Part shown: one piece after another, positions 55,636 to 64,000 of the stretch | Layout: each line of letters opens with the position of its first letter | Numbering within the stretch: position 1 is the stretch's first letter | Source of the DNA: Octopus vulgaris | Lineage: Eukaryota | Reading direction: 5' to 3' | NCBI GenBank assembly: GCA_951406725.2 | Contig: OX597825.1 | Location: 3,720,001-3,784,000 of the forward strand | Length of the DNA: 64,000 nucleotides | The notes under the pieces: generated by a model | Databases searched by the model: none | What the model was told of the DNA's origin: nothing | The model's input: only the letters and a program-made list of their open reading frames with translations | Program-made: the position numbers and the translations under genes

Positions 55636-58600
55636 CCATTGTACATAGACAGAAATGCGCGCGCACCCACTCTCACACACACACGCACACGCACACATAT
55701 ATACAGAAATATTTCTGATTTATATCATTTGATCACACTTGCATCCTTTATAATAGGATATTGAAATTGGTGAAGATCTATATTGCTACAGAGTTCGGTA
55801 TATGCCGCTTATTGAACAAATCTGTTGCGCTTCATGTTTAACACTGGTTCCTGAAATGTCTAAGGTATCATCATGTCAGCGTTGCAGCTTTTATACTCCA
55901 TCTGACCTCTGCGAAATTACCTGGCATTGGAATGACCCCAATTTTACAAACACAACTATTCGACTAACCGATGAGAATACTAATACACTAATAATGATAT
56001 ATTAGATGACATAGCTTTTGAATATAAAGCACTTGATATTCGAATGCTAGCAGAAATACTCTTCTCCAGGGGTTGAGGTTTCGAGTACAAACTATTTCAT
56101 AATTAAATTTTTTATGCTTATTTGCTTATTTGCTACGATCAAGAATCACTGATTGTATTGAAATTTCATGAAGCTAGCAATTACTTACTTGTATGGTTTA
56201 CATTCCATAACACAATGCACAGCATTAAATCAACTACCATTAAGAAACGGACGAAATGTTAGGAAATATATGATTTTCTTGATCAATAACAATTTGTTGC
56301 TATGTCATCTTGTCGAATAATTAACGTGCGATAAATTTCTCGAATCCGTTTCCTTATATGGAGTATATGAAACAAGATGGTGCATTATCGTCCTTTGTTT
56401 TAAATGTAAAAGTTTCCGAAACCCTGATGTTTCGACTCGTTTGTAAGAAAGTAAGTAATACTATATACAATAATTCATTAAAGAAACACGTCTTGTTGAA
56501 TGTGCATTTGTTCCTGGGAAAGTGAGAGAAGATTCATTTGCTCTTAGTACCTTGGCGTAATGTCGAATCTTTTAGAAAATGAAGAGAGGTGCCGAGCAAA
56601 TTTATTTTAACTGTGATGCAAAGACGTGTATATGGATCAGATTTGTTATTAAGAAATATAAATCTTACTTCAGCTTTTATACGATTTATTCACGTAAGAA
56701 ATATATTGTTATTTTAGAATACAAATAAAGAAAAACTTTGCGAGTATTCGAAGTACACGCTTTACATTTAATGGAATCCATCACATATTATTAATATTCC
56801 ACATGAAAACTTTGTATCTATCTCGTATGGGAGTTTATGCGTGCGAGTGTGAGCGTATGCGTGGGTGTGTAAAAGGTTTGTGCATGTGTGTGTGTGTGTC
56901 CGTTTAATATTAACACTAGGAAAAAGAGAATACTCGGTAACCTCATAGAGATTAATGACATTATATATTGGCTGTTTCACTATTTTGCGACTCTGATTCT
57001 AATCTAAGATACTCGGTTAATTAGATGTGTTTATACACGTGTATATAGTTGTATGCATGTCTCTGTACATTCTGACACAGAACGTCATACGCTGCTGAAA
57101 TTCAATCAAGAAACACATTTACCTTATATACAGTATTTGTAAAGACACATTCTCCATTGAGGAATGGACCGTAAGACATTATATATCTTTGGATGTGTTA
57201 GAGAATTATGACTATATCCAGTGTATCAATTTACTTCTCTTTTCAGCAGTTAGCGTTTCTTTCCTGTAAGACGCGACTGACAAGTGTATACGATCAAGCA
57301 ACATTGTAGGTGTATATGGTTAGTGTAACTGCCACAGATAGATTATTGCTTTATTAAATGTGAAATTTAACTCATAAATAAGTACAAATCGGCAAGGGAA
57401 TTAGGATTCCTACTTCCTGTGGTTAAGAACGTAAACTTAATTTAGGTAACTAAACGTGTACCTAGCTGCAATAAAACCAATATATCATTTCAAAGTTTAC
57501 CTAGTAATAATTCTACAATATCGTAAAATATAAATTAAGTAAATATTCTAGTGTAATATAAGGAAAAGAAAACGAGTAACACATGATATAAGATATATTT
57601 ATCCTTTAACAGAGTAACTTTAAAATTTCTCTTTGGTGAATATGTCTTAAAATCAATAAGAATTTATTCTACATAGAAGTAATTATAGACGCTGAAAAAA
57701 TATTTCACTGCTTTACAAAATTAATTTGTTATATTTTTGGAAACTTTATAAGAATATCCAACCTTTTTTGCGACAATTTCTATGACGACGGGGAAGCTCT
57801 TTAAAAGGATAACTAGATATATCATTATTTACTATTTTTTTTATTATTTTGTATCACGTCAGACTGCAATTAAATGTTAAAAATTCAGTTTAAACTCAGT
57901 TTGTGAATTTAGAAACTACTTGAAAGCCGAGGTATATGTAAAGCACTTATTCCGTTCCATTATGTCTATTTTTCGATGTAACATTATGGAATCGAAGAAC
58001 CAGCTGCTTACGAGACGAGCAATTAACCATAAGATGTGCCATTAGTTGAGAGTTCTGTAAAAAATTGTAGGAGGAATATATTTTTTGAGTGCAGTTGCGA
58101 AAGATCTTTTTTTTTTTTAAGTTGATGCATTCCAAGGATACAACTGCAATAACTAATAATGATATTCGCAACTTTAGTATTAATGGTGGCGATAATCATA
58201 ATAATATTGAGAACTAGAGGAGAGTAGAAGGAAGACGCGGAGGAAAATGATGCTGGTTATGTAGGTGGTGATATTAAGGATGTAATTAATACCAAAGATT
58301 ATTGACATTTTGTTACATTGTATATCATTGTAAGTTAGCGATATCGACGTTCTGAATTTAAATACCAACTGCAGCAATTTTTTCTACTTATTGCCCGTAA
58401 CAAAAAAATAGATTAGCATTTGGACAGTAACAGGATTTGTATTGTATATACCATGCATATGATGTTTTTATATCGGTTGGCAGATATGAACAGTCATCAG
58501 TAAATAATTCGAATGCCGAAGTTAAAAACTTGAGCCCACAACTCCTGTTACATTCATTAGTCTGGTGTTGCTCCGACTGACAAGTAACAATGATGTCGAA

Positions 58601-61149
58601 ACATCAGGTATCCCGGAGTATCCTAAGCTAAAGTAGCGGGTGTGTTATGAACAGACATTTCTTTCAAATGAGAAGTTGCTCTCTTATGACGAAGCACAGT
58701 AGTAGTAAGCAATATTAACGCTGAAATCTGTCAGAATATATATGAGGAATAAACATGAAAGCCATCGCATTCTATAGACTATCTCCTCGAATTCTGGCAC
58801 TACTTTTATTGCATTTCAATATTTGATTCCGTGGCTCTGCATTCTGCATCTGAATCATTTCGTTTATGCTGTCAGTCATTGCTTGGGAGTGTGTAAGTTT
58901 ATTGTGTTTGAGATTAGAGCGACGACTAGGTACATTGTATATTGGGTGGGGCAGGCTGTTAAATGAAGTTGCATGAACGACATTATCGAATTATTTTTTC
59001 ATACGATTCTTTAATATAGCTGAGTCCCGATTCTTAATGTTTGTCCCCTTTTGCTTTTATATAGAATTATTTTCTGCTTCAAGATAAAATTTTCGATAAC
59101 CGTTTGAATACTAATTCCAAGAAATATCTTTCAGAATGAAGGAGAATATCTATTGGGATTTGTAATTATTTCAAAATATGTTTTGTTGCAAGACATGTAG
59201 TTTTAAATTTTTAGGCTATGCTTGAATTTGAAGCGTAGTACTCAATAATCACAGTTATTTATTTTGCTATATATGTTTTATATTACGAAGACCGACATTA
59301 TGATGAGCTGTGAAGAGTGATCAAACAGCATATATATTTATTTATATGTAATTTCTGCATTTGCCAATATGCATTAAAACACTTAATCACATTTTTTCTC
59401 ATCTCTAAACCAAAGGCCATCGCTCTAATGTCGATGCAATGTGGCTTGCCACATCGTCGAAATCCTTAAAGTCAATACAAAAGCAATCGGAAGCAATTGA
59501 GAATGCCATACCGTTCAATGCTGAAGGAGATTCACCCATAAGCCAGCTTTACATCAAAACACTTTTTTAATAAAAGAAAAACATGGAAAAATACATTTAC
59601 ACAGATACGATTTGAACTCGGGTCACTGAGGATTGAGAAATATAGCGTGCAATAAACTATACACAAATAAATCAGTCAATTCGCAGTCTTTATTAACATT
59701 TACTATAAGGCAATACATACTAATACTAAGCTAGTATTCATTTAATCATGTATGTATAAATATGTATAAACACCATTATTGGTGAGGCCGCCATGCGAAT
59801 ACTTAGTCAATATTGATGCCATGTTCGATGTGTATTATTCATTGTGCGTTTCAATTAACGCATGAATAATGAAATGCAAAGTAATTGATTTCCCGCAAAT
59901 GGCTGTCAGAGTAACTCCATACAAGGTAAATAACTAAGCAATTTCCTATATTATCGTTTGAACATCTCGGCAATTTCCATGTTGACATTTGAATATGTAA
60001 ACGACACCTGCAACACAGGACCAATGATGACTCATCAAAAGGGTTGTAAATTTGGTGCATTTTACTTGATAATCGTGAAACAATTGCCGTTTTAATGACA
60101 CGTTCAAACATTTGTCTAGCATATGATTGCCAGATCAGTCAAATGAGTTGAATTAAAGTATGTAAAATACATTTTAGACAGTAATGTAAATAGATTCATT
60201 GCTATTCAAGATTACAATTGAATTTGTTTTGCTTAGAAAGGTTATTTTCGTATATTATAGGGAGCGTATTATCGGATATATTATTGCAATCGTTTTTATA
60301 GTTAGCGTTACGTTTGCATTAACATTCGTAATGAATTCAGATCAATAACATTTCACTTCAATGAAAGTTTGCTGTGAATTTTATTTTCGCCGAACAAATC
60401 TACACAGCAAATTAAATTTCTAACGTTTAGGCATAGTAAATATAACTAATTCTGAAAGCGGAATCTGAAGCCGATACTATTAAACATCATTTTTTCTTTC
60501 ACCGAAATTATGTGGATCGGAAGTGAAATTTTGTAACTGAGCAGTTTTGATGTGCTTGGTGACATATTTTAATAGGATGTCGGTAGATTTAACTCACTAG
60601 AATTAATATGTAATTATGTAAATACACAAGGTTATTTCAATATTCTTCAATATTATTAAAAAGGTAGATTTTCTAGCGAAATTAAAAGTTATATAAGGCA
60701 ATAAATAACAGACTCCTCTTCTCCATCTCTCTCTGTCTTTCCATCTCTCTCTCTCCTCTTTCTTCTCACCCTCTCTCTCTCTCACACTCTCTTAGATCCT
60801 CCAATGCTGTCAGAACAACGGGCAAAGAGCCATCGCCAAACACCTCGATTGCTAGCCTTCCCCTAAGATCCAACTGAGACAGCTACTACCGATTTCATAT
60901 CATCTTGGAACCGCTCAGTTTGCCCTGCCCCCACGTTATTCAAAATTTGGTGCTATCACTTACGTCCTTCATCTTCTCGCTCCTTTTCCTCCATTCGGTG
61001 CCCATTCCACAATAGTTGCAGCTTGTCTCTGTCACGGTAAACATAACGAGTAAGTCGTATGCACCACTTTGTCACCTTGTCCTGTAAACTTCCACTGACA
61101 GGCCATTTAACCTCCTCTCTATTTCTCGCTCTGTCTCGTTAAGAAATGT

Positions 61150-61590
61150 CCATAATTTTGCCGACCACAACTAGGTCCGATCTGTTATTCTGTATGACTT
61201 GAGCTGTTTGCATTGGGAGATCTCAGAGGAATTTTCTAGTCTTCGACTCTGACACTCTATCATGTCTCTAGACTCCACTTTAAGTAGTTTCCAATGTAGC
61301 ACTTTCGCTACGTGATCGTGTCGCCACAACTTGTAGTGGTTATGGTAAAGTGTAGTGCATTCGTTCGTGATTTGGACAATGTTTTCATCCACTCTATTGC
61401 AAATGTGGCACAGTGGAGACACACATTCCTTTGGTTAAACCTCCAGTTTGTGGCCCAAGATTTGTCTTCCACTACCAGTATACTGATCTCGGTCTCTCTT
61501 TTTAGTGTTGCATTCTTTTGTTTTCTTCTCTATCCTTTCTGGGCCTGCTTACAGTCACAGATGTCCATTTTGTCAGTGGTTCTAGCATAA
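61150..61590 (-). mobile_element. R4/Dong-like (RLE-type) non-LTR retrotransposon C-terminal fragment
   Basis: LKRETEISILVVEDKSWATN; CHICNRVDENIVQITNECTTL..WRHDHVAKVLHWKL (zinc knuckle plus RHD); DLPMQTAQVIQNNRSDLVVV (PD nuclease motif). Confidence 0.88.
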
Positions 61591-62265
61591 GCTCAACTGG
61601 TTGAGGTCAAGTAACCGAGAAACGATTTGGTGGTTTTCAGCAGATTATTTGCTGTAGACCATCTGTGTGTACCAAGACAAAACATGTACATTAAACCTCT
61701 ATTATCATTATCATTATTATTGATTGGAAGACCGGTACATGCCATCAAAATGAGTCTAGAGTGAAACATACGAAACCCAGTGTACCCATCATAACTAAAC
61801 GTCTCATAAGAGTACAACAATCACTTACATCTCAATCATATGTGCACGACATGATGATCTAATATCAAGATAAACAGTGCATGACCTTGCAAGTTGGGTC
61901 CAGTTAGAATTTTGTTCAAGTGTGGTTGCCTATCCCGCTCAAACGGTCCTTGAATAAGGTTTCTTTTACGATGTTCAACGAAACACCAAATTTTTCCAGA
62001 GGTGAAATATTCAAACCTCAAAGAATTAATCTCAAAATGTAGCTATGACTCCACCCCCTACTTCTTCTCGTGATCAGAGATGCATATATTGTCATCCAAC
62101 AAGGGACATGCTTAACTGGTTAAGGTCAAACAACTGACAAGCCAATCTGTGGTATTGAGCAGAATATGTATTGTAGCCCATATTTTATACCAAGACAAAA
62201 TATATACATGATAACACTTCCAATCAGATGAGATCAAAAGCCATAGGAGCCACGGCCTTATATTA

Positions 62266-62332
<67 letters not shown>

Positions 62333-62340
62333 CATTATTA
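61590..62340 (+). repeat. Two copies of one interspersed repeat with (TTA)n-like tails (61590-61722, 62065-62340)
   Basis: Shared gctYaactggttRaggtcaa..gtggt..agcaga..tgtag.ccat..taccaagacaaaa. Confidence 0.8.
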
Positions 62341-62957
62341 CTTACAAATCACTTTTTCGTTCATTCATTCATTCATCAATTCTACTATAGATAAATATTA
62401 TTTTTCAAAAATCTTCTTAACCGCTGTTTCTGTCTTTCAAATCTAACTGATATGTCACAACATGATAAATGTAATGCCTCCCTACCCTTGGATGTTATAA
62501 AATAAGTACACTATCGATCTCGCTAGAATTTCGTACCATGGTTTCATAATCTTTAGCGTCGTGAAAATGCTTCTCTTCGAAAATTGAAAATTCGTTTCTA
62601 TCAGTTCTAAGTAACCTTCTAATAATTTAATGAAATTTAAGGCATATACTGAAGTTTTTATAACCAAAACGTCCATGAAATTAATATAAACATTTCTTTT
62701 AAATGGTAGCTCTTCTCTAAATATTTGAAGTTTAGACACGATTTTTAGTTGAATACTACAGAGCAATAGTATTTTAGAATTCTAATCTCCGATACACTTC
62801 AATATATGTATAGTTACACCATCAACCATTCATCCCTTATAGAATCCTTAAATGGATATACAAAGGGAGGAACAACAAATGCCAATAAGCCATTTTTGGT
62901 TTTGCAAATAGTTTTACAGCAGTTTTAAATGTACGGAAATTAAAGAGGTTTAGAATA

Positions 62958-63335
62958 TTCGTTTCAAATTTTGTTTAAAGCTGCCAGCGTTGTTGAAGGC
63001 GTAAGGTTGATTAAACCGACAACAGTGCTCAATTTGAACACCGTAGAAATTGATCTAAGAATCTGAAGACATACGGAATGCTGCTAAGCATCAGTTATGG
63101 TTTGCTAACGATCCAACAAGCTAACGGCTTTATAAAGCAGCTTTAAATTTTATTTCCTGTTCATGTTTTTCGAGTCATTTTATATTCGTTTTTGTTATTC
63201 TTTTGTTTCAGACACTTGACTGCGTTCATGCTGTAGCACCTTGTTTAATCGTTCGAATCAACCCTAGAACTTAATATAAGTTACGGTACATAAGCACACC
63301 AACATTGGTTGTCAAACGATGGCGGGGGCAAACGC
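62958..63335 (-). mobile_element. Two decayed SINE fragments
   Basis: gtttcaaatttt..gctaacgatcc (62958-63128) and gactgcgttcatgctgtagcacc..ggttgtcaaacgatgg (63195-63335). Confidence 0.6.
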
Positions 63336-64000
63336 AAACACATGCATATATATATATATATACATACGCTTTCGATACAACTCTCTACGTGGAGAAAATC
63401 TCTGCTAAGATCGTTTTTATTATACATATGGGCGTATATGTGTGTGTGCGCTTGCGTATGTGTACACACGCACACATACACCCGCTTAAAATACATATAT
63501 TCAAACAGAAATCTGTTTTATAACCGTTATATTCTTAACATACATAGATATTTGTAAAATGTTATTCGTAACATACATATATATCTGTACTCTTGCTTCA
63601 TTGAGTTTATTGACATCGACTGAAACCCTTTACCGGACTGTCATATCTTCACACCAGGCACAGCATTTCTAGACATAAATAATAATATTAACGTTACTGA
63701 GGATATGTACAGTAAAGTAAACGTTCGGCATAATTTTGATACAAAATTAAATCGGTAAGCTAGAGTTCTTCAATATGTTATATAAACTTGTAATATATCG
63801 TTACACAATAAGTTTTAATTTCAAAATTTATATATAATATCCATGAATAGAATATCTTACTTTCATGATTGATGCAAATCTGTCAGCACAAGATTCTCGT
63901 ATGTAATTAATTTTTCGTTATTTCATCTGCATTTAGCTTCAAGCGATTTAACTTTCTGATAATGGGTGGTCGACGCACATTATTATAAATATATTGATTT

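Noticed and set aside
61836-62021. LNKILTGPNLQ resembling a BEL/Pao motif
   Set aside because: Single short motif with no supporting context.

Overview
This is AT-rich eukaryotic non-coding DNA saturated with microsatellites ((TA)n, (CA)n, (GATA)n, (TATG)n, (TAA)n). Its SINE families look like those I recall from Octopus (coleoid cephalopod) genomes; this is inferred, not searched. I found no credible host exon, and almost all tracked ORFs are microsatellite read-throughs. Recognisable content is transposon debris: six mariner relics and one Tc1 relic, a hAT MITE with an 8-bp TSD nested in Helitron-like repeats, CR1-like and R4/Dong-like LINE fragments, and many tRNA-SINEs (two with TSDs). 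The main signal is a dense Penelope-like retroelement (PLE) layer: degraded RT and GIY-YIG remnants, about a dozen type I hammerhead-ribozyme (HHR) motifs from intact to decayed, and nine inverted-repeat structures, mostly in or next to (TA)n tracts. The best example is a perfect 123-bp inverted repeat at 4914-5423 with an intact HHR on each strand. Several HHRs share non-canonical features (U.U closing stem II, CCGANGA, CUGUUGA). All alignments and folds were done by eye, and relic boundaries are approximate.
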